Virus record (IMG/VR): IMGVR_UViG_3300037247_001786
Location: 192,001-256,000 of that record
Strand: one strand, 5' to 3'
DNA: 64,000 bases
DNA from: a virus
Lineage: Duplodnaviria > Caudoviricetes
The notes under the pieces are model-generated. The model ran no database searches, was not told where the DNA came from, and saw nothing but the letters and a program-made list of their open reading frames with translations. This document shows positions 9,511-17,599 of the stretch, one piece after another (position 1 is the stretch's first letter; every line of letters starts with the position of its first letter). The position numbers and the translations under genes are program-made.

Positions 9511-10128
9511 TTGGGAGTAATTATGAATATTTTAGATGTTAAGTATGATAATTTTGTAGATAGTTTATTTGTAAACACAGATGAATATGAGAGTAAAACT
9601 TTTAATAAAGTTAAAGATTTTAAAAAGAAATATATTGAGTCTTTAAAAAATAACTATTGTGTTATTAGAAGTGACGACCCCTTAAAAAAACAAGTTGGTT
9701 TTAAGGTTATCAATAAGGGGGAGGTAAAAAAATATTTAATTTCAATGAGAAAGATTGTAGAACATCTTCATCTTAAAGAAATAGATGAAAAAGAACTTGC
9801 TCTGTCTTTTGTTAAAAATTATTATAAAAGGATTCTCGATATCCCAGATAACGAAGATGAAATCGTAGATGTTAGATATGAGATTAAAGATAAAATGATA
9901 CTGATTCTTTTTGTAATGTCCGAGGGGTCTGTCTCTTCATTTTTGGAAGATGATTGTAATGTACTTCCTTTATATTTCACTACGATTGATGGTTTAGATG
10001 GTTGGAGTTATTCTATATGCTATTTAAGACAGAATGAATTGGAAGTAGCAGATTTTAGTGAGAGTTGGGGCAGTATAAAAGATTTTATTTCGGAAAAAAT
10101 TATAGATGATGATTTAGGAATTAAATAA
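9511..10128 (+). CDS. Hypothetical protein bracketed by 33-bp direct repeats
   Basis: 205 aa; ends DLGIK, like the upstream ORF. Confidence 0.65.
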   Translation: MGVIMNILDVKYDNFVDSLFVNTDEYESKTFNKVKDFKKKYIESLKNNYCVIRSDDPLKKQVGFKVINKGEVKKYLISMRKIVEHLHLKEIDEKELALSFVKNYYKRILDIPDNEDEIVDVRYEIKDKMILILFVMSEGSVSSFLEDDCNVLPLYFTTIDGLDGWSYSICYLRQNELEVADFSESWGSIKDFISEKIIDDDLGIK

Positions 10129-10146
10129 TGCCAGATGTAAAACAGA
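10114..10146 (+). repeat. 33-bp direct repeat, copy 2 (contains the dnaE-C start)
   Basis: ttaggaattaaataatgccagatgtaaaacaga. Confidence 0.9.
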
Positions 10147-12089
10147 TTAGAAAAGAAATAACCGATGCTATAAAAAAGAAGCGTGGCGATAAGATTTCAG
10201 AAGATCTTTGGAAAGCTATCGAAACAGAACTAGATATCTGCGAGATAACTGATGGATTGGGAGGTAAGAATAATCTTCAAACTTTTTATAATATATGGCA
10301 AAAAAGAAAAGATAAAGTCGGAAATAAGAATGAGATAAATAGTTGGATAGCTTACTCTTTAGGTTTCACAAGTAAAAAACCAGATGGCGAATTCTTATTT
10401 AAAAGAAGAGCTTTCGCTAGAGCAGGCTTCCCAGATATAGATGTAGACTTCGAAGATAGCCGTCAGAACGATGTTTTCGAATACTTGGTAGATACTTACG
10501 GGAGAGATAAGGGCGGCAGGATAGGCACACATCAGTTCTTAACATTTAAATCATGCATCACAAGAGTTGTTAAGGCTTTAGATATAGCCGACGCATTTCA
10601 TAAAGGTAAAGATGTTATGACCACCGAAAATGCGAAAAAGGTTTCAGAAATATTAGAGTCGTTTCCTAAAGGTGGAGTTATCCGTCTTAGAGGCGACGAT
10701 GGAGAGATGCATCTTATTAAAACTATCAAAGATGCATATGAGCATAGCCCAGATTTTAAGCATTATATGGATAAGTATCCTTTACTTAAAAAGCATAGCT
10801 TTGAGGTAGAAAAAACTTTTTCAGCATTCGGATCCCATGCGGCCGGTTATGTGATATCGGATATACCTATCGAGAAGATTGCTCCTTTAAGAAGAGCAAC
10901 AGGAGATGCCTTATGCACTCAATTTACAGGACCAGAATTAGAGAGTTTGGGGCTGATAAAGTTTGATATTTTAGGTTTATCTACTTTAAGTGTTATTAAA
11001 AAATGTTTAGAGCTAATAAAAGAAAATTATGATATAGATATTGATATCGCCAATTTGTCTTTAACTGATGAACCAACTTTTAAATTATATAGAACTGGTA
11101 ATTTGGGAGGAGTATTTCAGTGTGAGCAATCAGGAATGCAACATACCATGAGAGAGATTGGAGTCGATAGATTTGAAGATATAATGGCTGGAGTTGCTTT
11201 ATACAGACCTGGACCTATGGATAATATTCCAGATTATTGTGCCAGAAAAAAGGGTGAGCAACAGATAGACTACTTCCATCCTTCTATTGAGCCTTTTGTT
11301 AAGAAGCATCTTGAAAAAACATACGGCATTCTAGTCTATCAAGAACAGATTATGAATATATGTAGTTCTTTAGCTGGTTTCTCTATCACAGATGGTTACA
11401 TAATGATTAAAGCTATTGGCAAGAAAAAAATAGAACTTATGAAGAAATTCGAGAACCAATTTATTGAGGGAGCTATGAATAACGGAGTTCCTAAAGAGGT
11501 CATCGAACAGTATTGGTCTAAATTTATAGTTCCATTCTCTAATTATGGTTTTAATGCTGCACATGCATGTTGCTATGGTTTTAACAGTTACATCACAGCA
11601 TATCTTAAAGCTAATTATCCAGATGAATTTATTTGTGCTACTCTTATTACGGAAACCAAAAAGAATTCTGGAACTAAGTTTGAGAAGCTGTCTGGTTTTG
11701 AAAGGGAATTTAAAAAGAAATTAGCTGTTAAATTTTTGTCAAGAAATATTAATGACTGTAAATTAGATTATGTTATAGAGAAGAAGAAAGATCTTCAAAA
11801 TGGAGTTATGGTTTCAGAGATAAGACCTTCTTTAATTTGTAAGGGTTTGGGATGGGTTGCTGCTAAGGAAATAGAGAAAAATCAACCTTTTGAGAATTTA
11901 AAGGATTTCGCGGAAAAAAATGGATCATCTGTTGACACTAAAGCGGTATTAGCTTTAGTCGTAGCAGGCTATTTCGGAGCAAAGCCCAAGAAAAATTCAG
12001 AAGCATTCGTAAGGCAATTTGCAATCATTAAAGAAGATATTAAAAAAGTTCGTAAAAAAGGAATTGAATCTGTAGATATATTTGGATAG
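10128..12089 (+). CDS. dnaE: DNA polymerase III alpha subunit, C-terminal piece (palm, thumb, fingers, HhH)
   Basis: FPDIDVDF, GSHAAG, LIKFDILGLSTL, GVFQCE, ALYRPGPM, TYGILVYQEQIM, YGFNAAHA, YLKANYP. Confidence 0.95.
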   Translation: MPDVKQIRKEITDAIKKKRGDKISEDLWKAIETELDICEITDGLGGKNNLQTFYNIWQKRKDKVGNKNEINSWIAYSLGFTSKKPDGEFLFKRRAFARAGFPDIDVDFEDSRQNDVFEYLVDTYGRDKGGRIGTHQFLTFKSCITRVVKALDIADAFHKGKDVMTTENAKKVSEILESFPKGGVIRLRGDDGEMHLIKTIKDAYEHSPDFKHYMDKYPLLKKHSFEVEKTFSAFGSHAAGYVISDIPIEKIAPLRRATGDALCTQFTGPELESLGLIKFDILGLSTLSVIKKCLELIKENYDIDIDIANLSLTDEPTFKLYRTGNLGGVFQCEQSGMQHTMREIGVDRFEDIMAGVALYRPGPMDNIPDYCARKKGEQQIDYFHPSIEPFVKKHLEKTYGILVYQEQIMNICSSLAGFSITDGYIMIKAIGKKKIELMKKFENQFIEGAMNNGVPKEVIEQYWSKFIVPFSNYGFNAAHACCYGFNSYITAYLKANYPDEFICATLITETKKNSGTKFEKLSGFEREFKKKLAVKFLSRNINDCKLDYVIEKKKDLQNGVMVSEIRPSLICKGLGWVAAKEIEKNQPFENLKDFAEKNGSSVDTKAVLALVVAGYFGAKPKKNSEAFVRQFAIIKEDIKKVRKKGIESVDIFG

Positions 12090-12110
12090 TGATTCAATTT
12101 ATGTTAGTAT
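12088..12110 (+). promoter_or_regulatory. Putative promoter, AGTGA-N12-TAGTAT
   Basis: 12086-12111 is 24/26 identical to 13815-13840; followed by an AAGGAG RBS. Confidence 0.65.
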
Positions 12111-12135
12111 TTAAAAAAGTTAAAAGGAGTATAAG

Positions 12136-12468
12136 ATGAAGAAATCAATTATTAAAAAATCAATTACGAGAAAAATTAGTACAGCTCCATACGAGACCCT
12201 TGATGTTCATGTAGAAATACAAGAAGAGATAGAATGGGAGAATATGCAGCAGAGAATTGAAAAAGCCGATTCGGTGTCAAAAATCCTCATTTTAGATTTT
12301 GTAAAGACATTAAATCAAGTAGCGGCTGAGTTGCACGTAGATAAAAAAATAGCATCTATTTCTGGCAAAAAAAATCCTCAAGAAGCTCAAGAAAAACCAG
12401 TGGATACGTCGATAAATAATAGTAAAGATGGTGATGTCGCTGGTGCTGATTTTGACTTTTTAAGCTGA
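12136..12468 (+). CDS. Hypothetical protein
   Basis: AAGGAG RBS; acidic-aromatic tail ADFDFLS. Confidence 0.7.
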   Translation: MKKSIIKKSITRKISTAPYETLDVHVEIQEEIEWENMQQRIEKADSVSKILILDFVKTLNQVAAELHVDKKIASISGKKNPQEAQEKPVDTSINNSKDGDVAGADFDFLS

Positions 12469-12498
12469 TAATTTCCCCTATTTTGAGGTGCAATAGCA

Positions 12499-13803
12499 AT
12501 GGTTTTAGGTAACGATGTAGTCCAAGAAGTAAAAGATATGTTTAACATAGATTATTCTCAAGATAATGTTCAAGATGATGCTCAAGATAATGTAGAAGTA
12601 TCTGTAGAACCTTTTAAAGAGCTTGAGCAAGAAGTTTCTGATATAATATCAGGGATGGAAGACAAGGGGGATATTATAGATAGTCCAGCCGAAGATATTA
12701 CTGAAATCGCTGTCGAGCGGTCAGATGAATCTAAAGAGAACAACATAGAAAATAACAATACAGAGGAGAGTAAAGTGGAAACTATTGAAGATTTGATTGC
12801 TGATTCAGTGGAAGAGGCTTCATTGAAAACTAAAACACAAGATCAGCAGGATGATATAGTCCAAATAGATATAGAAGAAGATTGTTTCGATAGTATCGTC
12901 ATAGAAAAAAGTAGTTCTTGCGAAACGCCTTCTTCAGAAGAAAAGATAGAGACTTCTCCTAAAGAGGAAGTATCTGTTATAGAAGAAGAAGATATAGACA
13001 TAATCCCTCAAAAAGATGATGAGGGCAATGTTAAGGGTGAACTTAAAATGAAAAATGTCGTAAGTATATCTGTTGACGATAAGGGCAAAACCATTATCAG
13101 AGGTGGGGAAATCGTCTGGAGTATCGAAAGTCCTTCTGAGCTTTATGACTCATTTTATAATATCAAAAGAAACCATATAGATACTTTTTCTGGAGGTGAA
13201 CAGTTGGACTTTGATAGTCTCTATGCGGAACTATTTGGGGCTAAAGTCGATACCTCGACAGAAGTTTTAGACCAATATATCTTGGTGGAAAAAATGGATG
13301 CTGTTATGCAATGTATCGAAAGAGTAGCGATGATACAAGTTCAAATTAATCAACAGCATTTTGTTTGGAAGAGGTTTGTAGAACTACTAAGAGGGGCTTT
13401 AGCTAGGGTACAGTATTTGAAACCAGTTTTAAAACAAGATGGTTTAATATTAGAACATATGGGAGATGTAGAGTTTTATTCTGATAGATTGTTAGCTATT
13501 AAGAATTCAGCAAATGATGTGATGGGAACGTTAGAGAAGGCTTTTGAATCTTTGAGTAGAAAAGTTAGCATAATGTTAACCGTCCAGAGTAAACATGTGA
13601 TCAGAACGGCACCGGATGCCTACGGTCAATCCTCTCAGCAGACCTACCAAGCTCCTCCTCCATCTACAGTTGCGGAAGAAAGCCCAGCGTCAATGATTAC
13701 GCCTACTCAGAATTTAGGTGATTATGATGGTTTTGAGATAGGAACAAAAGTAGCTTCAACCAGACTCTCTTCTGGAGTAGTTAGTTGGGGAGAAGTATTT
13801 TAA
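12499..13803 (+). CDS. Hypothetical protein: long acidic N-terminus and helical C-terminal half (possible recombination mediator)
   Basis: D/E-rich first ~170 aa; amphipathic helical segment; located just before ssb-recA. Confidence 0.6.
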   Translation: MVLGNDVVQEVKDMFNIDYSQDNVQDDAQDNVEVSVEPFKELEQEVSDIISGMEDKGDIIDSPAEDITEIAVERSDESKENNIENNNTEESKVETIEDLIADSVEEASLKTKTQDQQDDIVQIDIEEDCFDSIVIEKSSSCETPSSEEKIETSPKEEVSVIEEEDIDIIPQKDDEGNVKGELKMKNVVSISVDDKGKTIIRGGEIVWSIESPSELYDSFYNIKRNHIDTFSGGEQLDFDSLYAELFGAKVDTSTEVLDQYILVEKMDAVMQCIERVAMIQVQINQQHFVWKRFVELLRGALARVQYLKPVLKQDGLILEHMGDVEFYSDRLLAIKNSANDVMGTLEKAFESLSRKVSIMLTVQSKHVIRTAPDAYGQSSQQTYQAPPPSTVAEESPASMITPTQNLGDYDGFEIGTKVASTRLSSGVVSWGEVF

Positions 13804-13816
13804 AAAAACATTTTAT

Positions 13817-13839
13817 AGTGATTCAATTTAGGTTACTAT
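13817..13839 (+). promoter_or_regulatory. Putative promoter, AGTGA-N12-TACTAT
   Basis: Intergenic, upstream of the GGAGG RBS of the ssb-like gene. Confidence 0.65.
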
Positions 13840-13880
13840 TATATTTAACGAAAAAACTTTTATTATAGGAGGTTCATGAT

Positions 13881-14618
13881 ATGAACGGAGTATTAGACTG
13901 GGGCGATTTCACCCCTAACAACAACAAAGGAAACAGTGATAGGTTAAACTTTTTATGGTTAAAAAGTGGGAACACTTATCGAGTAAGGCCAGTAGCTAAG
14001 CCAGTTATTTTTTACAAATATTTTTATCGTAATGATGGAAAGTTGAGAACAGCTATTTGTGAAGATCCTGCAAGTTGCATGGTTAAAACTGCCCATCCAG
14101 AATTAGATACACCTGGTGAGCGATTCGCCATTTTGGTTATCGACAGAGCAGATGGTGAGTTAAAGATAATGGAATTCACAAAGGGAGTATTCTTGTCTAT
14201 CAAGGCATGGTGGAACGCAACTCAACAGAGTCCTGGAGGAAATGACGGCGTCGATTGGGCGATTCAGATCACAGGGTCAGGTAAGAATGGTACTAAATAT
14301 ACTGCCACCCCTACGACCCCAACTCCTTTCACTAGCGAAGAGAAGTCGATGATTATTGGCATCATCAAAGATGCTGATGGTAATGATGCTCATTATCTTG
14401 AGGGTATATTTAAGCCCCATAGTGCAGAGGTTATTGAGAAGAAGTTATTCGGTGAATGGGAAACAAGAGGTGATCAGGGAGGTACGCAAACCTCTCAGGC
14501 ACCAGTTGATGCACAACCAGCACCAGTTGATGCACAGCCAGCTCCTGCTGCTGCACAGCCAGCTCCTGCTGCCCCTGCTGCAACTCAAACATCAGGCAAT
14601 TTCGACATTGATTTCTAA
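13881..14618 (+). CDS. ssb: Single-stranded DNA-binding protein, gp32-like phage type
   Basis: Aromatic-rich beta region (YRVRPV...FYKYFY), Ala/Pro/Gln linker, acidic-aromatic tail NFDIDF; adjacent to recA. Confidence 0.7.
   Translation: MNGVLDWGDFTPNNNKGNSDRLNFLWLKSGNTYRVRPVAKPVIFYKYFYRNDGKLRTAICEDPASCMVKTAHPELDTPGERFAILVIDRADGELKIMEFTKGVFLSIKAWWNATQQSPGGNDGVDWAIQITGSGKNGTKYTATPTTPTPFTSEEKSMIIGIIKDADGNDAHYLEGIFKPHSAEVIEKKLFGEWETRGDQGGTQTSQAPVDAQPAPVDAQPAPAAAQPAPAAPAATQTSGNFDIDF
14499..14573 (+). repeat. 21-bp in-frame tandem repeat (about 3.5 copies) encoding APVDAQP/APAAAQP
   Basis: gcaccagttgatgcacaacca / gcaccagttgatgcacagcca / gctcctgctgctgcacagcca / gctcctgctgcc. Confidence 0.9.
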
Positions 14619-14649
14619 AGAAACATAAGTAAAGTAAGAGGATTTAAGT

Positions 14650-15879
14650 ATGGCTAAAAAAATAAATATGAGTGAGAATGCCTTTAAGCATCTTCAAGGT
14701 TTTGGGATAAGAACTGCAAAATTTAATAGTCCTGGCAATATCCCAACTGGGCATTTTAATTTAGATTTTGCTATTAACTTTGGCTCTCCTCCTGATAATA
14801 TTAACTTAAATACCCTAGAGGGATATGATTCTTCTAAACCTCTAGGGTTGCCTCTTGGCAAAGTTATTGAGATCTCAGGGTCAGAGGGCTCAGGTAAATC
14901 ATCTATTGCTTACAGAGTAGTAGGTGCTGCCCAAAAACTAGGGTACAATACCGCATGGCTTGATGCCGAGCATAGCTTTTCAGAAGCGTTAGCTGCTATT
15001 AATGGTTGCGATGTCGATGAAATTATTATGCCTGATAACAACTTAAGTGCGGAGCAGTTTTTAGATTTGATAGAAGCTCTATGCAAGACAGATAAAGTTC
15101 CAATGGTTAAGAATGGTAAAAATGTTCTAGTTGACGCACCAAAAGTAATAGTATTAGATTCTATAGCCAGTTTGGTTCCTAAAGCTGTTGGAGAAAGTTT
15201 ATCTGAGCAGCAATTTATGGGATTATTGCCAAGAGTCTTTAGTCAAAATATGGGCAAGATCGCTGGAGCTGCTGAAGCTAATGGCGTCCTATTAATATTT
15301 ATTAATCAGATAAGAGAAAAGATAGGCGTTATGTTTGGCAACCCTGAGACAACACCTGGAGGTAGAGCTTTAAAACATTTCTATTCTTTGCGTCTAAAAG
15401 TAACACAAAGAAAAGGCAAAGAGTATTTTATTAATAGAATTGATGAAGAAACTGGTGAAGAAATTTTGATAGGTAAAAAGTCTTACGTTAAGATTGAAAA
15501 GAATAGATTCGCTAAACCTATGTTAGACATTATTGATATTCCAATCTATTACGAAAATTATTTTCCTGCGGCTGAAGAGATAGCCTTTGATGTCGGTAGG
15601 CAAATGAAATTAGTTTCTATTCGTAATATGATTTATAGTTGGGATGGTCACAAAAGTGCCGATGAGGGAAAAGAGGCTTTCATTCAGAATCTTAAAGATA
15701 ATGAGTTAATGGGTTTATTTATGGCAGCTATTAAGAGTCAAGCATTAGAAGATAATATATTCTTACCACCGGAATTGATGCAATATAAGGAAAAAGAAGA
15801 TGGAAAGAGTAGAAAAGTTCAGCGAGGTTCAAAGGCTAAAGATAGTACAAGCGGCGAAGGCGTGCCTAAGAAAGACTGA
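14650..15879 (+). CDS. recA: RecA/UvsX-like recombinase
   Basis: GSEGSGKS Walker A, LDAEH, IVLDSIASL, FINQIREKIGVMFGNPETTPGGRALK. Confidence 0.95.
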   Translation: MAKKINMSENAFKHLQGFGIRTAKFNSPGNIPTGHFNLDFAINFGSPPDNINLNTLEGYDSSKPLGLPLGKVIEISGSEGSGKSSIAYRVVGAAQKLGYNTAWLDAEHSFSEALAAINGCDVDEIIMPDNNLSAEQFLDLIEALCKTDKVPMVKNGKNVLVDAPKVIVLDSIASLVPKAVGESLSEQQFMGLLPRVFSQNMGKIAGAAEANGVLLIFINQIREKIGVMFGNPETTPGGRALKHFYSLRLKVTQRKGKEYFINRIDEETGEEILIGKKSYVKIEKNRFAKPMLDIIDIPIYYENYFPAAEEIAFDVGRQMKLVSIRNMIYSWDGHKSADEGKEAFIQNLKDNELMGLFMAAIKSQALEDNIFLPPELMQYKEKEDGKSRKVQRGSKAKDSTSGEGVPKKD

Positions 15880-16510
15880 GGGACTAAAAGCTCTTAACTA
15901 TCTTAGAGACCAGCGTGGATTTTCAGATGAAGTTATAGATAGATTTGATTTCGGTTATTGTCCTATAGGTATTAATCATCAGCTTAAAGGGAGGGTGATA
16001 AGTCCCATATACGACCCATATGGAGAGATAGTCTCTGTATCGACCAGAAGTCTTTTTATGAACAAGGGAGATAGCGGGTATTTTTGGCATGAAAGTTTTG
16101 ATAAAGGAAGTTATCTTTATGGTTTAAACTGGGCTAAAGATAGTATCATAAGATACAAAAAAGCAATTGTAGTAGAAGGAGAGTTTGATGTCGCAGCAAT
16201 GCATTCTTATGGATTTACGATGACGGTAGGGGTCTGCGGCAGTACTTTCACGCTGGCTCAAGCTTCATTGTTAGCAAGATATTGTCAAGAGGTTTATTTT
16301 ATGTTTGACAATGACTCATCGGGAGTAAATGGTTTAAAGAGGGTGATGAAACTTCATAAGAATAATTATTTAGATTCTTATGGAATACGATATGCTCCCG
16401 TAAATCTTCCGGTAGGAAAAGATCCTGATAATGTACTTAAGAGTGTAGGAGCATTAGGAATGAAGAAGATATTAGTTAAAGCTAAAGAAGAATTTAAATT
16501 ATGGAGTTAA
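15800..16510 (+). CDS. dnaG: DNA primase catalytic core (TOPRIM), no Zn-binding domain
   Basis: YLRDQRG..IDRFDFGY, LYGL, VVEGEFD, MFDNDSSG, GKDPD. Confidence 0.88.
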   Translation: MERVEKFSEVQRLKIVQAAKACLRKTEGLKALNYLRDQRGFSDEVIDRFDFGYCPIGINHQLKGRVISPIYDPYGEIVSVSTRSLFMNKGDSGYFWHESFDKGSYLYGLNWAKDSIIRYKKAIVVEGEFDVAAMHSYGFTMTVGVCGSTFTLAQASLLARYCQEVYFMFDNDSSGVNGLKRVMKLHKNNYLDSYGIRYAPVNLPVGKDPDNVLKSVGALGMKKILVKAKEEFKLWS

Positions 16511-17547
16511 AAATGGATTTTAGTTACACACCTAAAGAAGTATCATCATTGATGGGGCTTATAGATACTTATTTAAGACATAAGAATCAAGTTGTAGAAG
16601 CAGGAACAAGAAAGTATGAGCATTATCATCCCAGCGAATGGGGTAAGTGTTTAAGGATGCAACAGTATAAGCATTATGCTCATAAGGGCTTATTGAGTGT
16701 AACTCCGGAGGTCTTTGATAGCCGCATATTAAGACTCTTCGGTAAAGGTCATAATATGCATGAAAGATGGACTCAGTATTTTGAGGAGATAGGTGTTCTT
16801 AAGGGTCATTGGAGATGTAAGAATCGAGCATGTAAGTTATTTGATGATTCGGGACAGATGAGGAATTTAAGTACTCAAGATGTCGCACGTATGTTCGCTG
16901 GGAACCCAAGAGTTTATGGGGAAGAGGAAAACTTTGGCATTTTTAAACCTAATAGGTGTGTATGCGGTTGTGCTGAATTCGACTATGAAGAGAACGATGT
17001 TGTGTCTGAAGAATTAAATATACATGGTCATTGCGATTTAATATTTGATTGCACAAATTTGCCTGAAGATGCTTTTGAAGGAGTTAGACCAACTTATGCA
17101 AGAAAATATCTTCCCATGAATGGCAAAATGGTAGTGGGGGATATGAAGACGATAAGTAGTAGTGCATGGAAGAACCAATTAGAGAAGAAAGGACCACATA
17201 AATATTATCTTATTCAACTTACTTGTTATGTTCATATTCTAGGATGCGATTATGGACTATTGATGTATGAGAATAAAGATAACTCCGAAATGAAGTGGTA
17301 TAAGGTAGAAAGAAATGATGAATGGTGGGAAGCTATCAAGTGGCAGTCAAAGACTATGCAAGATATGTCCCAAGCGACAAATGAAGCTGGCGATCCAAGT
17401 CCGAAATTGCCACCGCCTAGACCAACATGTAAAAGCTCTTATGACTGTAAAGGGTGCGACTTCAGATCTCTTTGTCATAAATCTTCTATCTGGGACAATC
17501 CTAACTTAATTAGCATGAGAAAACAATTTTATCAGTGTTTGCTATAA
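16501..17547 (+). CDS. PD-(D/E)XK (Cas4-like) exonuclease
   Basis: HPSEWGKCLR, GHNMH, GHCDL, GDMKT, QLTCY, C-terminal C...CKGCDF cluster. Confidence 0.8.
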   Translation: MELKMDFSYTPKEVSSLMGLIDTYLRHKNQVVEAGTRKYEHYHPSEWGKCLRMQQYKHYAHKGLLSVTPEVFDSRILRLFGKGHNMHERWTQYFEEIGVLKGHWRCKNRACKLFDDSGQMRNLSTQDVARMFAGNPRVYGEEENFGIFKPNRCVCGCAEFDYEENDVVSEELNIHGHCDLIFDCTNLPEDAFEGVRPTYARKYLPMNGKMVVGDMKTISSSAWKNQLEKKGPHKYYLIQLTCYVHILGCDYGLLMYENKDNSEMKWYKVERNDEWWEAIKWQSKTMQDMSQATNEAGDPSPKLPPPRPTCKSSYDCKGCDFRSLCHKSSIWDNPNLISMRKQFYQCLL

Positions 17548-17599
17548 TAGCATTAAAGATTTTACGATGATATAGTATAATACAATTTAAGGAGTAAAA

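Noticed and set aside
7705-10128. Group I/II intron or intein explaining the dnaE split
   Set aside because: The interval is filled with ordinary RBS-bearing ORFs, with no RT or homing-endonuclease signature. Both dnaE pieces have long terminal extensions beyond the breakpoint and no HINT motifs.
16501-17547. CRISPR-Cas locus suggested by the Cas4-like nuclease
   Set aside because: No repeat-spacer array or other cas genes; the replication/recombination context fits a stand-alone exonuclease.
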